64,000 nucleotides of DNA from Vulcanimicrobiota bacterium (lineage in GTDB: Bacteria; Vulcanimicrobiota; Vulcanimicrobiia; Vulcanimicrobiales; Vulcanimicrobiaceae), in NCBI GenBank assembly GCA_963738335.1, contig CAVTWE010000003.1:5433-69432 (forward strand). Reading direction: 5' to 3'. Under the pieces are notes generated by a model that was given only the letters and a program-made list of their open reading frames with translations, was not told the DNA's origin and did no database searches. This document shows, piece by piece, positions 27,393-38,397 of this stretch. Position 1 is the first letter of the stretch. The number at the start of each line of letters is the position of its first letter. The position numbers were made by a program, and so were the translations under genes.

Positions 27393-28013
27393 TTAGGCTA
27401 GTTTAATCGCGATTGCTTCCTGCTTTTCTCGCAGGAGCGCGTCTTCCGCGGCCCATGTGTCCGGGACCGGAAGCCGCGTAAACCGCCGCTTTGAAGTCCC
27501 ATCGGGGTGCCGCCTGAGCCATAATTCGGCGCGCGAGGCTAAATATTCGAAGTCGCGGTACTGCGCTTGCCCGCGATTGCGCCGTAAGATTGCAATCGCC
27601 GGCGACAGATGCGTCCAGCAGTGCGCGATGAGTCGCGCGTACAGATCCATGAACGTCTCTTCGGCGACGAGATCCCGCTGCAATAGCGTTCCCATCTCGT
27701 TGAGCCAGTTGCAGGCAATCATCTCGGGATGCGCCGCCGGATCGACAAAGCCGATGCGCTCCAGCTCGTAGCGATACGAAGGATCGGCGAGCCGCTCGGG
27801 AAGCCGTTCTTGCACGTAGGTCAGCGCCGCTTGCAGTTCGGGCGCTCGGAAATCGCGCTCGAGCGAGAGCAACGCTTGCAACTGATTGCCGGTCTGTGCG
27901 TGACGCAACTGCACCAATGCCGCGATGACGCTGCCGCCGATGACGAACAACGTCCCGGTTTGCGCGGCGGCGGTCGCGACGGTCCCCCATGCCGTCAGGG
28001 TTAGGGCGTCCAC
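27393..28013 (-). CDS. hypothetical N-terminally anchored protein (DUF4760-like)
   Basis: One N-terminal TM, then a helical domain. The family assignment is from memory of similar architectures only. Confidence 0.4.
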   Translation of the reverse strand: MDALTLTAWGTVATAAAQTGTLFVIGGSVIAALVQLRHAQTGNQLQALLSLERDFRAPELQAALTYVQERLPERLADPSYRYELERIGFVDPAAHPEMIACNWLNEMGTLLQRDLVAEETFMDLYARLIAHCWTHLSPAIAILRRNRGQAQYRDFEYLASRAELWLRRHPDGTSKRRFTRLPVPDTWAAEDALLREKQEAIAIKLA

Positions 28014-28059
28014 ACCGTCGCTTTCTTGGCACGGCGTAACGCCCCTTCGGTGCGCGGCG

Positions 28060-29094
28060 CTAGACGGTCCGGCGTACCTCGAAACTCAGATGGTACTCCC
28101 GCGTTTCACCGGGCGCTAAAAAAGGCAGCGTTCCGGCGGCGTTTGCGGCGATGCGCCCTTCGATCGTCGGACAGTTCGCCGGCTCCATTCCCATGACGTA
28201 CGTTTTGACGCCCAGCATACGCCAGTTGAAAAACGCGGGCAACTCCGCGACGTCGAAACGAATCGCGAGCGTCACAGCGAGTTCAGGATTGCCGAACGTT
28301 ACTTCGGCCAACCCATCGGAAATTGCAACCGGCCGATGCACGAAGACTTGCTCGGCAAAATCGGCGGCGGGTTCTCCGCCCTTATTCCAATGGGCCAATC
28401 CCGCGCGCGCGACGTCGTCGCGCGGCGTAACCTCGGAACTCGTCACCTGCAGCTCGCTCCGCGCGTCGAGCAACGGATAACCGGCGTTGCAGTGGTAGAG
28501 CATCATGTGCGGGCTGGCGCTGCCGCCGTCGTTGCTCACGCGATCGTGCAACAGTAAGCGGCTCGAGCCCAGTTCGATGCTCCATCGCCGTTCGAGACGC
28601 AGCATCTCGCCGAACATTTCGTACTCGTAGATGGTTCCCCAGAGATGTAACGTTCCGGTGTCGCCGTCCCAGCGCACTTCGTGGCCGATCTCCTGCGCGG
28701 GAAGATGGTTGATGCGTCCGTGCTGTCCCCAAGTGCCCCACCGGTCGTTTCCGGGTGGACCGAATGCGTTCAACCCGCACGTCGTGAGAAGACCGCCGAA
28801 GAAGTTCTGCTCGAACTCATGCCCTACCGGCGCGTAGTATGCAGGATATGCGATGCCGCCTGGACCGTGCCAGGCCAACGGTATGCCGCAATACGACGCC
28901 GATGCGACGTCCAACGCGCGATCCGCGATACACTCGAACTCAAACCCGCTACCCGATCGAACGATGAAGCCGCGCGTGCCGTATGCCCGCCCGCCGCCGT
29001 ACACGATAGGAACGATGCCCGCCACTTGTTCGATGCGGCCGACGCGCGGTTCGACGTAACTGCGCGCGAAGCGGTCGACGTTGGGTCGCGGCAC
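28060..29094 (-). CDS. aldose-1-epimerase-fold protein (DUF4432 family)
   Basis: ...GLLTTCGLNAFGPP...WGQHGRINHLPA...MMLYHCNAGYPLLD... is characteristic of the DUF4432 mutarotase-like family. Confidence 0.7.
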   Translation of the reverse strand: MPRPNVDRFARSYVEPRVGRIEQVAGIVPIVYGGGRAYGTRGFIVRSGSGFEFECIADRALDVASASYCGIPLAWHGPGGIAYPAYYAPVGHEFEQNFFGGLLTTCGLNAFGPPGNDRWGTWGQHGRINHLPAQEIGHEVRWDGDTGTLHLWGTIYEYEMFGEMLRLERRWSIELGSSRLLLHDRVSNDGGSASPHMMLYHCNAGYPLLDARSELQVTSSEVTPRDDVARAGLAHWNKGGEPAADFAEQVFVHRPVAISDGLAEVTFGNPELAVTLAIRFDVAELPAFFNWRMLGVKTYVMGMEPANCPTIEGRIAANAAGTLPFLAPGETREYHLSFEVRRTV

Positions 29095-29175
29095 GTTAGG
29101 CGAATACCGTGGAACTAGTCGCGTTAAACATCGGGCACCCTAGACGGTTTGCGGTCCCAGCGCAGAGGATGCAAT

Positions 29176-30708
29176 ATGCTTTCTCTTGCCTATTCCGCTG
29201 CAATGCTGGGCATCGAAGGCTACGTCGTCCGCGTCGAGGCCGACAGCGCCCCGGGCTCGCCGTACATCTCGATCATCGGTCTGCCCGATCGTGCTCTCGG
29301 CGAGGCGAAGGAGCGCGTGCGCGCTGCCGTCATCAACTCCGGCTTTGCATACCCCGCCGGGCGGCTGCTCATCAACCTCAGCCCGGCCGACGTCCGTAAA
29401 GCGGGCCCCGCGTTCGACCTCGCCATCGCATTGGCGCTCGTCGCCATCGACCGGCAGATCGAACCGCAGTCGTTAGAACGGTTCATTGCGCTCGGAGAAC
29501 TTGCACTGGACGGACGGCTGCAGCCGGTCAGCGGCATCTTGCCGATGGTGATCGGCGCGCGGGCTGCCGGATTCACGAAACTGATCGTGCCGGCGGCCAA
29601 TACCGACGAAGCATCGCTGGTCGCGGGCATCGAGCTGTATGCGGTCGACTCGCTTCGTTGCGCAGTCGCGGTCATTGCGGGCCACGGCGCCAAATGGCGG
29701 CGTCGCACGACCGCGCCGGCATTGGATGCGAGCGACGACTTCGTGCACGGCGACTTTCTGGACGTGCGAGGACAACTTGGTCCCAAGAGGGCGTTCGAAA
29801 TCGCGGCGGCAGGCGGTCATAACGTGTTGCTGGTCGGTCCGCCCGGATGCGGCAAGACGATGCTCGCGCGGAGATTGCCGTCCATTCTTCCGCCGATGCC
29901 GTTAGCGCAAGCGCTCGAAGTCACCAAGATCTATAGCGTCGCCGGATTGCTCGTCGGCCGCGCCGGCATCGTGAGCACGCGTCCGTTTCGCTTTCCGCAT
30001 CACACCATCAGCCAGACGGCCCTCGTCGGCGGCGGTTCCTTCGTGAAGCCGGGTGAGATCTCGCTCGCGCATCACGGCGTGCTCTTTCTCGACGAGCTGC
30101 CCGAGTTCACCAGAAGCGCCATCGAAACGATGCGGCAACCGCTGGAAGAAGGAACGGTGACGATCGCGCGTGCCGCCGGAACGTTTACCTATCCCGCGCG
30201 ATTTCAGCTGGTCGCGTCGATGAATCCGTGTCCCTGCGGATATCGGGGCACACGTAGCGTCGAATGCCGCTGCGATGACGCGATGGTCGCCAAATACGTC
30301 AGCAAACTCTCCGGGCCGCTGCTGGACCGTATCGACTTGCAGATCGAGATCGCGCGCGTGTCGTTCGACGATATGGTCCGCAGTGAAGGCGGCGAGCGAT
30401 CCGCTTCTATTCGCGAACGGGTTGTTGCGGCGCGCGCCATACAGTACTCCCGGTTCAACGGCGCGTTTTCGTGCAATGCCGAGATTCCCTCGAACGCCGT
30501 TCGACGATACTGTGCGTTACGGGACGATGCGGTGCGCCTGCTCGCGCAGGCGAGCGCGAAGCGACAGTTTTCGGCGCGCGCTCTCGACCGCATCGCGCGG
30601 GTCGCGCGCACCATTGCCGACATCGGCGGCAGCGATGCTATTGCAGCAGAGCACGTCGCCGAGGCGATCGGCTATCGTAGCCTCGAGCGGCTTGGCGCCG
30701 CCGCCTAA
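29176..30708 (+). CDS. YifB/ComM family Mg-chelatase-like ATPase
   Basis: MLSLAYSAAMLGIEGYVVRVEAD...GLPD...ERVRAA...LLVGPPGCGKTMLARRLPSILPP...GVLFLDELPEF...NPCPCGY... Confidence 0.93.
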   Translation: MLSLAYSAAMLGIEGYVVRVEADSAPGSPYISIIGLPDRALGEAKERVRAAVINSGFAYPAGRLLINLSPADVRKAGPAFDLAIALALVAIDRQIEPQSLERFIALGELALDGRLQPVSGILPMVIGARAAGFTKLIVPAANTDEASLVAGIELYAVDSLRCAVAVIAGHGAKWRRRTTAPALDASDDFVHGDFLDVRGQLGPKRAFEIAAAGGHNVLLVGPPGCGKTMLARRLPSILPPMPLAQALEVTKIYSVAGLLVGRAGIVSTRPFRFPHHTISQTALVGGGSFVKPGEISLAHHGVLFLDELPEFTRSAIETMRQPLEEGTVTIARAAGTFTYPARFQLVASMNPCPCGYRGTRSVECRCDDAMVAKYVSKLSGPLLDRIDLQIEIARVSFDDMVRSEGGERSASIRERVVAARAIQYSRFNGAFSCNAEIPSNAVRRYCALRDDAVRLLAQASAKRQFSARALDRIARVARTIADIGGSDAIAAEHVAEAIGYRSLERLGAAA

Positions 30709-31639
30709 TCGCCCGACGCCGACGGACCGATCGCTACTCCAGCGGGAAAATAGATGTAGCCCAAGCTGCGGAGCGGAGTTCCTCCCGCTGGATAGGCAAA
30801 CTCCCAGACGTCCTGGCCGCCTCCGGAGGACGCAAAGAAATACTGGTCACCCGGCTCGAACGCCGCAACGCTCAAGTATTGGACGCCGTAGAACGTCGTG
30901 GTGGCAACCAACTTCGAGAAAGCCGGCTTTGCGTACGTGTACATCACGTTATCCAGCTGCTCCATAAACGTAACGTTGCCATTGTTGAGAAACTGGACAC
31001 CGCCCGCGGACGAAAGATGAACGTTCGGCAGCTCAATGCACTTTGTCGTGTTCGCTCGAATCTCGTCGGCGTCGCCGTACGACGTGCCGCCGCCGGCCAC
31101 GACAACGTTGTCTTTTTTGTCGACCGCCAGGAACGTATAGCGCATGAGATTCCGACATGTGATCTCGTGCAGCAGCTTGCCCGCGTTCGTATATTCGCTG
31201 ACGTTGCCGGGCGCGCATGCGTTGGTGCTCGTGCACCAGTTAGCAACCCAAATGTTGCCTTTGGAATCGAGCGCAACGTCCGTTGGTCGAAACTTCGGAT
31301 CCTTGATCTTCTGCACCGGGACCGTCTGCGGCGGCACGAACTTCAGAATATCGTAGCGGTACGTGTTTGCGACGTACACCGCGCCCTTTCGATCCACCGC
31401 GATACCCTGCGCTTCATCCAGCTCCGCGCTGGTCCAGTAATTTTGCTGCAGGGTCGAGAGCGAATACCCGATCAGTTCGCCTCCGAACGACGCAATGTCG
31501 GTAACGTAAATCTCTTCGCCGCCGCGCTTTTCGGGCGCGGCCTGCGATGGCACGGTACCGCAAAAGCGCCGCTGTGATTGCCGCTGCATGCGACGACCGC
31601 AAGCAGCAAGGTTGGTGCATAGCGAGCAAGGTTCGTCAT
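30705..31639 (-). pseudogene. NHL/SMP-30-like beta-propeller lipoprotein, apparent frameshift near 31550 just after the signal peptide
   Basis: GGAGGA SD, then ATG 31639 and MTNLARYAPTLLLAVVAC(SG) lipobox in one frame. The propeller body (EIYVTDIASFGG...GIAVDRKGAVYVAN...DVALDSKGNIWVAN...) is in the frame of ORF 30705..31745. Confidence 0.7.
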
Positions 31640-31750
31640 TGCGCTCCTCCCGAGAAGACGGAGATAGAGTATACCGCGCAGTTGTGAATAGCGCAAAGCG
31701 CACGCGAACGCGCAGAAGGCGGGGATCATGCAAGCAGTCAACCATCCGGT

Positions 31751-34700
31751 GTGCTTTCCTTGGCTGCTTTTCTGGTCGGCGCCATTTTCACGCCGACGTC
31801 GCTTGTCGATACCTTCGTCGGGACGTCCCGCACGCAAATGGGTGGGCCCATCGATACGTTTCCCGGCGCGGATCTGCCGTTTGGAATGGTGCAGTTCAGC
31901 CCCGACACGCCGTCGCAAAATGCCGGCGGCGGTTACGAATACAACGACAACCACATCACCGGTTTTAGCCTGACGCACCTCAGCGGGCCCGGCTGCAGCG
32001 TTTTCGGCGATTTCGCCCTGCTGCCCATCGCCGGAGACGTGCCGGCCGATCCGACCACCGCCAAGGCGGCGTTCTCTCACGCGAATGAAGAATCGGCGCC
32101 AGGGTGGTATGCCGTGTCGTTGGGCTCGCCGGCCGTTCGAGCGGAACTATCCGTTGGCGAGCGCAGCGGGATTGCGCGCTTCACCTTTCCCGCAACGGCG
32201 CAAGCGAACGTGATCCTCAACGCATCGTCGAATCAAGCCGGCGTCACCGCTTCGGCGGTGCAGAGCGACAGCGCTAGCGAGATATCGGGCTCGGCCTCCA
32301 GCGGCTTCTTCTGCGGCATGCCCAATCGCTACACCGCGTATTTCGTCGCGCAGTTCGATCGGCCGTTTCGCCGCTCAAGCGTATGGAAAGCCGGCCCGGC
32401 AAGCGCAATCGTGCTGAACTTCGACGCCACACAGCAGCGGCAAGTGCGCGTGAAAATCGCCATCTCGTTCGTCAGCCCCGCCGGCGCGCGCGCCAACCTC
32501 GCCGCGGAGAATCGCGGCTGGGACGTGATAGCGACACGCGATCGCGCCACCGCAGTGTGGAGTAACGTTCTCAGCCGCATCGCCGTCAGCGGCGGCAGCA
32601 CCGCACAGCAGCGAGCGTTTTATACTGCCTTCTACCACACGCTCTTGCATCCCAACATCATGGACGACGTGGACGGTCGCTACATGGGTTACGACGGCGC
32701 AGTTCATCACGTTAGGGCGGGGCACCACGAATACGCTAACTACTCCGATTGGGATATCTATCGCACCGAAGCGCCGCTCTTGGGATTGATCGTACCTTCT
32801 GAAGCGAGCGACATGATGCAGTCGCTCGTCGATGCGTACGGACAAGAAGGCTGGCTGCCACGATGGCCGGTGCTCGGCGCACCGTCAAGCGTAATGGGTG
32901 GTGACTCCGTCGATCCGGTGATCGTCGGTGCCTATGCGTTCGGCGCCCGCGACTTCGATACGCACCAAGCGCGCTCGCGGCAATGGTCAAAGGCGCACGG
33001 AGTATCGATCCGCCACCGGCGCAAGGCTGGTACTACGAGCGCTGGGAGCTGCTGGACCACTATCTGCGTCGCGGTTACGTCGTCAACACGCATACGACGT
33101 CGGTCTCTCCGGTCCCCAACGGCGCGTCGGAGACGCTGGAATACGCGCTCGACGACTTCGCGATCGGACGAATGGCTGAGGCGTTGCACGAACGCAGCAC
33201 CGCCTCGGCGTTCCTATTGCGTTCCGGGAACTGGGCGACGCTTCTCGACACGGTGACCGGCTGGATTGCGCCGCGCGACGGCGACGGCGCTTTCACCAAC
33301 GCGCCCCTAACCGAAAACGGCCAGAGTGGTTTTCAAGAAGGCAACGCGTCGCAATACACCTGGATGGTACCGCAAGACCTGCGCGATCTGTTTAGCGGCA
33401 TGGGCGGCCGCAGCGCAGCGGCGGCCAAACTCGACGCCTTTTTCGCGCGGCTCAATGCGGGCCAAGATAAGCCGTTTGCGTGGCTGGGCAACGAGCCGAG
33501 TCTAGGCGTGCCGTGGGTCTATCTCTCTGCAGGCGAACCGTGGAAAGCGCAAGCGATCGTGCACGAGGCATTGACGACGCTCTACGGCGATACGCCGGAC
33601 GGCATTCCAGGCAACGACGATCTCGGCACGATGAGCGCGTGGTACGTCTGGTGCGCTATCGGCCTCTACCCACAGGAACCGGCGGTGCGCTACCTGGACG
33701 TCGGAGCGCCGATCTTCGATGCCATCCGGGTTGCGTCGCCCGACGGCACCGCCATCGAGATTCACGCGCCGCACGCCGCAAATGCATATTACGTTCGGCA
33801 ACTGCGCGTCGACGGACGCATCGACAATCGCAGCTGGATCTCGCTGCCGTATCGCCGGCGTATCTCACTCGACGTGGGCCTTGGTGAAGCGCCGAATCAA
33901 CGCTGGGCCGGCGCACCGAACGACGCGCCGCCGTCGTACGGTAGCCACGTGAACTTCCCGGAAGCAACCGCAGCGGAGTTCGTCGCGTCGAAAACGGTCG
34001 CCGGGATCGGCAACGACGGTTCGAGCACTTCGCTGGACGTTATAGTGGCGAATCGCAGCGCAACTGCCGCCGAAACGGTCATGTGGACGGCATCCTTGCC
34101 GCCTGAGCTTCATGCAAACGGTCCGACGCGCGGTTCGGTTACGCTGCCGGCCGCCTCAAATCGTCGCATTGGATTGAATCTAGAAGCACCGAGCGCTTCA
34201 GCGGGTTACGCGACGGTCCGCATCGACGGCATTGCGGCGAACGGCGCGCGACTGCAACATCTCAACGTTCCGGTTGAGATCGCCGGCGGAACCGGCTCGA
34301 GCTTGGCGTACGTCGTCGATCGTTTCGGCAACAGCATCATGCCGGTGGATCTTCGCTCGGGAACGACGCTGCCGGAAATGGCGGCCGGCGAAGAGCCGCG
34401 CGTCGCCGCACTCGATCGCGACGGCAATCGGCTGTTCGTCGTGAACTCCGGCGACGGTACGATGAGCGTCCTCGACACGCGCACCGGGCGCACGCTTTCA
34501 ACCATCAACGTCGGCGGTACGCCAATGGGCCTTGCGATGACGCCCGACGGCAAGACTGCCTGGGTCTCCAATAACGAGGATAACAACGTCGAGCCGATCG
34601 ACACCTCGACGCTGCGCACCGGCGCCGTGGTGCGCGTCGGGTCGCATCCGCGCGACCTTGCGATCTCCTCGGACGGCCATACGATGTACGTCAGCAACAA

Positions 34701-35181
34701 CTGGTCCAATAGCGTAACGCCGATCGATCTGCGAACGCAGCGCGCGGGCGCCGAGATTCGCGTGGGTCTTCGGCCCACGGGTTTATCGCTCACGCCCGAC
34801 GGCCGGCGGCTCCTTGTCGTCAACGGCGCGTCGAACGACGTGACGCCGATCGATCTCTCCGGAGCGCAGCCGCAACCGCAGAAGCCGATTCCTGTTGGAA
34901 TATCGCCACTAGCTATCGCGGTTTCGCCCGACGGCCGTATTGCCTACGTCGCCAATCACGCCAACTCGACCGTCACGCCGATCGATCTGCAAACCAACAC
35001 TGCGCGCGCACCGATCGAAGCCGGCGGCGCGCCGGCGGCCGTGATGTTTTCGAGCGACGGCCGGATCGCGTACGTCATTCTTTCCCGCGACAACGCGTAC
35101 GTCACGATCGACGTCGCAAACGGTGCGGTAAGCGCGCCGGTCCTGCTCGGAAACGGCCCGATCGCTATTGTCGCAAAGTAA
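31751..35181 (+). pseudogene. glycoside hydrolase family 92 (alpha-mannosidase-like) fused to C-terminal YVTN-type beta-propeller repeats; apparent frameshift near 32970
   Basis: GH92 N-terminus (LPFGMVQFSPDT...GYEYNDNHITGFSLTHLSGPGC) is in ORF 31751. The catalytic part (GWYYERW...EGNASQYTWMVPQD...GNEPSLGVPWVY...PGNDDLGTMSAWYVW) is in ORF 32983. From ~34300 there are about seven repeats of the ...V.P.G...YV.N..SN.VTPIDL type. Confidence 0.8.
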
Positions 35182-35190
35182 AGGGCGCGC

Positions 35191-36177
35191 TTAGCGTTGC
35201 TGCGCGGCGCGCGCCAATGCGCGCTGGCGTTTGACCTCGGCTTCCACTTCCGCTTCGAGACGCTCGGGATGCTCGCGATACTTAGCCCAGAGCGGCGGCG
35301 TATGCGCGATGTCGTTCAGGACGCGCGTATAAACCGAGTTCACGGGTACGGGAACGCCGCGTTCTTTGCCGGCGACGGCGACTGCGCCGTTAAGCACGTC
35401 CACTTCGGTTTGCAGTTTGGCGTGGCGCAAGTCGATCAGCAACGACGGCGGCTTCGTCCCACGCGCGCCCGCAATGCTGCGCGCCAGCAGCGCCCGCGAT
35501 ATGGGACTGGGCAGTGCGGCAATAGCGAAGAGAGCGCGCACCGGATAGCGCGGCAAGTCGATTGCCGCGACGTCCATTGCCTGCATCACCGCATTCACTT
35601 CGCGAATCATGCGAATCTCCAAGGTAAATATTTTGTCGAAGTGTACGAATCGATTGGGCAGGACGTTGAGAATCGCACAACTGGCGTTAGCGACGACGTT
35701 GAGCGCGAGTTTGCTCCACTTGAGCGAGCGCCAATCCTCGACGACCTTCACCGTCATACCGGTGCTCGCAAATGTGGCTGCGAGCCAGTTGTACGCGTTG
35801 GCCCCCGTCGGCGCGAGTCCTAAGCCGCCCTCGCGCGTCACGCGCGCATTGCCGTCGCGATCGCGATCCACCGGAACCGTCAACGCTGCGGCGACGACGT
35901 TATCCGCGCCGAATGCCGCGATGAGCTTCTCTTCGTTCCCGACACCGTTTTGCGGCGATAGGAACACGCACTTTTCGGGATAGCGAATGGCGGAACTCAA
36001 CGTTTCGATCGCACTGTCCGTATCGTACGATTTCGTCGTCACAATTGCGACGTCGGCATCGTACGGAACGATACGATCCTTCTCGCGCGGCGCATAGGCG
36101 ACGTCAACGCCGATGTTGCGCAACAGATCGCCGAGATAGGTTCCGACGGCGCCCTTGCCGACGATGTAAACGTTCAT
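35191..36177 (-). CDS. 2-dehydropantoate 2-reductase family (PanE/ApbA) oxidoreductase
   Basis: [16 protein letters not shown] is a Rossmann N-terminus. The ApbA/ApbA_C layout is present (...[13 protein letters not shown]...). Confidence 0.75.
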   Translation of the reverse strand: MNVYIVGKGAVGTYLGDLLRNIGVDVAYAPREKDRIVPYDADVAIVTTKSYDTDSAIETLSSAIRYPEKCVFLSPQNGVGNEEKLIAAFGADNVVAAALTVPVDRDRDGNARVTREGGLGLAPTGANAYNWLAATFASTGMTVKVVEDWRSLKWSKLALNVVANASCAILNVLPNRFVHFDKIFTLEIRMIREVNAVMQAMDVAAIDLPRYPVRALFAIAALPSPISRALLARSIAGARGTKPPSLLIDLRHAKLQTEVDVLNGAVAVAGKERGVPVPVNSVYTRVLNDIAHTPPLWAKYREHPERLEAEVEAEVKRQRALARAAQQR

Positions 36178-36629
36178 GAAGCCACTCCAGTGCTTCCAAA
36201 GCCGCCGTCAGCTCGCGACGTCGGCGGCAGTTCTTCGACGACGTCGTAGATCGCGTGAACCACCGGCGCGATGACCATTTGTGCTATGCGGTCGCCGCGA
36301 CGAACGACGACCGGTTCGCTGCCCAAGTTCGCCAGCACCACACGGACTTCGCCACGGTAGTCGGCATCGATGGTTCCCGGCGAGTTCAAACACGTCAGAC
36401 CGTGACGAATCGCCAGGCCGCTGCGCGGGCGAACCTGCGCTTCGTAGCCTGCCGGCACAGCGATCGTCAAGCCGGTGGGCACCAGCGCGCGCGCCCCCGG
36501 CTGCAGCGTCAGGTCGTCGTAGATTGCGGCACAAAGGTCTGCGCCTGCGGAATGCTCGCTCATGTATGAGGGCAACGGCAGACCCTCGGCCTGCGGTAAG
36601 CGGGCCACGCTGACGCGTACGGCCGCCAT
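36174..36629 (-). CDS. dut: dUTP diphosphatase
   Basis: SAGADL...ALVPTGL...VRPRSGLA...[11 protein letters not shown]...GDRIAQMVI...[11 protein letters not shown] chose ATG 36629. Confidence 0.93.
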   Translation of the reverse strand: MAAVRVSVARLPQAEGLPLPSYMSEHSAGADLCAAIYDDLTLQPGARALVPTGLTIAVPAGYEAQVRPRSGLAIRHGLTCLNSPGTIDADYRGEVRVVLANLGSEPVVVRRGDRIAQMVIAPVVHAIYDVVEELPPTSRADGGFGSTGVAS

Positions 36630-36639
36630 TACGCGTGCG

Positions 36640-37086
36640 TCACGGAAGCTGCGCGAGTTCTTCGCGGAAACTTTCGATATCGCGGAACGACCGGTAGACG
36701 CTCGCAAAGCGAATATAGGCGACGGGATCGAGTTTACGGAGCGCCTCCATCAAGCGTTCTCCCACGACGGTCGACGCGACTTCGCTCTCGCCGCGCGCAA
36801 AAAGTTCACGCTCGATATCGGCGGCGACGCTTTCCATGCGCGCCTCGGAGATCGGCCGCTTCTCGCAGGCTTTGCGCAATCCGGTCAAGATTTTATCGCG
36901 ATTGTACTGCTCGCGCCGGCCATCTTTCTTGACGACGAAGAGGCGGGGCACTTCCATACGCTCGTACGTCGTGAAGCGATGCTTGCAGCGGGGATCGAGA
37001 CATTCGCGCCGCCGCCGCACGACGGTCTCATCGTCGCGTGAATCGACGACGCGCGTTTCGCTCTTGCGGCAGGTCGGGCAAGTCAG
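36640..37086 (-). CDS. nrdR: transcriptional repressor NrdR (CTG start inferred)
   Basis: (L)[41 protein letters not shown] is the Zn ribbon, followed by an ATP-cone. An in-frame TAG sits 4 codons upstream of the CTG. GGGAGAG lies 6 nt upstream. The track starts only at GTG 37020, inside the Zn ribbon. Confidence 0.85.
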   Translation of the reverse strand: MTCPTCRKSETRVVDSRDDETVVRRRRECLDPRCKHRFTTYERMEVPRLFVVKKDGRREQYNRDKILTGLRKACEKRPISEARMESVAADIERELFARGESEVASTVVGERLMEALRKLDPVAYIRFASVYRSFRDIESFREELAQLP

Positions 37087-37152
37087 TGTTTTCTCTCCCT
37101 ACGGCATATATAGTGGGCGCACGTATTATACGTCACTAGCGGTAGGTTAGGC

Positions 37153-37185
37153 AAAAAAAGCCCCGACGCGCCGATGCGCCGGGGC
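37153..37185 (-). terminator. rho-independent terminator after the DUF5679 gene
   Basis: On the minus strand: GCCCCGGCGC-atcg-GCGCGTCGGGGC followed by TTTTTTT. Confidence 0.75.
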
Positions 37186-37213
37186 GGGAAAAATCCGTGC
37201 GGGCGCCGCTTGC

Positions 37214-37363
37214 CTAGGCGCCGCTTCCGATTTTGAACATTTTCGTGCCGCAAACGCTGCACTTGCCTTCCGTTGCCGGCCGGCCGTTTTTCATCGTGGT
37301 CTGGACCGCGTCTTTGATCTCGCGCTTGGCCTTGCACTTGACGCAATACGCTTCTGCTGCCAA
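37214..37363 (-). CDS. DUF5679-type small zinc-ribbon protein (49 aa; absent from ORF track)
   Basis: GGAGG 8 nt before the TTG. MAAEAYCVKCKAKREIKDAVQTTMKNGRPATEGKCSVCGTKMFKIGSGA carries two CxxC pairs. The pattern is typical of the small family common in Actinobacteria and Chloroflexi. Confidence 0.75.
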   Translation of the reverse strand: MAAEAYCVKCKAKREIKDAVQTTMKNGRPATEGKCSVCGTKMFKIGSGA

Positions 37364-37461
37364 TTCTGCTACCTCCGTGCGGCCGCCTATTCCGTTGGTT
37401 GCTCCGGATTCCCCCCGCTCGCTGCCTTTGCATGGGGGCGAGAGGGCGTGATAGCGCCCTT

Positions 37462-38397
37462 ATGCTGGTTCCGACGTTCTATGACCGCGACCGCATCGCG
37501 GCCGCCCGAGCAGGGCGCGGCTTCGAAGCCAAGGCCCGCGGCCTGTGGTGCGCGGGGTCGCTCGAGGGCCTCGGGCGGCCCTGCGTGGCCATTGTGGGCA
37601 CGCGCGCCGCAACGAGTTACGGCCGCGGTCAAGCTCGCCGCTTCGGGACGGAGCTGGGCGCTGCCGGCTGCTGCATTCTCTCGGGGCTGGCGCTCGGCAT
37701 CGATGCGGCCGGGCACGAGGGTGCTATGGAGGCGTGCGCACCGACGATCGGCATCCTGGGCGGCGGCCACCGGCGCTTCTTCCCCCGCAGAAACCTCGGC
37801 CCTGGCGGAACGGATCGTCGCTTCGGGCGGCGCCGTGCTCTCGCCATTTACGCCGGAATGCGACGCGCGACCGCACCAGTTCCTCGAGCGCAACGGCATC
37901 GTGGCGGCATTGGCCGACGCGGTGCTGGTGGTTGAGGCGCCGGCGCGCAGCGGCGCCCTCAACACCGCGAGTTGGGCGGCCGGGCGCATTCCGGTGCTGG
38001 CCGTTCCAGGCGACGTCGACCGGCCGCACGCTCAGGGGTGCCTGGCATTACTCCGCGACGGCGCAACGCTGGCGCGTTCCCCGGCCGACGTGCTGGAAGC
38101 GCTCGGTTTACGCGATCTTCAGCCGGTGTTGCCCTTGGCGATACACCGGCCGCCGACGCCGATGTGAAGGGCTCCGCACTCTTGCGCGCGCTCGAAGGCG
38201 GCGCAATGAGCGTCGACCGGCTCGTTGCCGAAAGCGGTGTGAGCGTTGCCGAAGCGCTCGCCGCACTTGCCGTACTGGAACTGCACGGCGTGGTCGAAGC
38301 ACGCGGAAGCTCAACGTACGCGCGGGTCGTGGTTGCCTCGCGCGGCGAAGAGCAGGGAGGTGAGCCCCGCTCAAACAGCGCTGCGCGACTTTCATGA
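37462..38397 (+). pseudogene. dprA: DNA-processing protein DprA (Smf), two apparent frameshifts (C5 run 37782-86; ~38130)
   Basis: VAIVGTRAATSYG...SGLALGIDAAGHEGA...GILGGGHRRFFP is in frame 1. AETSALAERIVASGGAVLSPF...FLERNGIVAAL...VVEAPARSGALNTA is in frame 2. The C-terminal wHTH (LLRALEGGAMSVDRLVAESGVSVAEALAALAVLELHGVV) is in frame 3. Confidence 0.85.

Noticed and set aside
38300-38360. T-box or other leader upstream of argS
   Set aside because: The region is occupied by the dprA 3' end, leaving no room for a structured leader.
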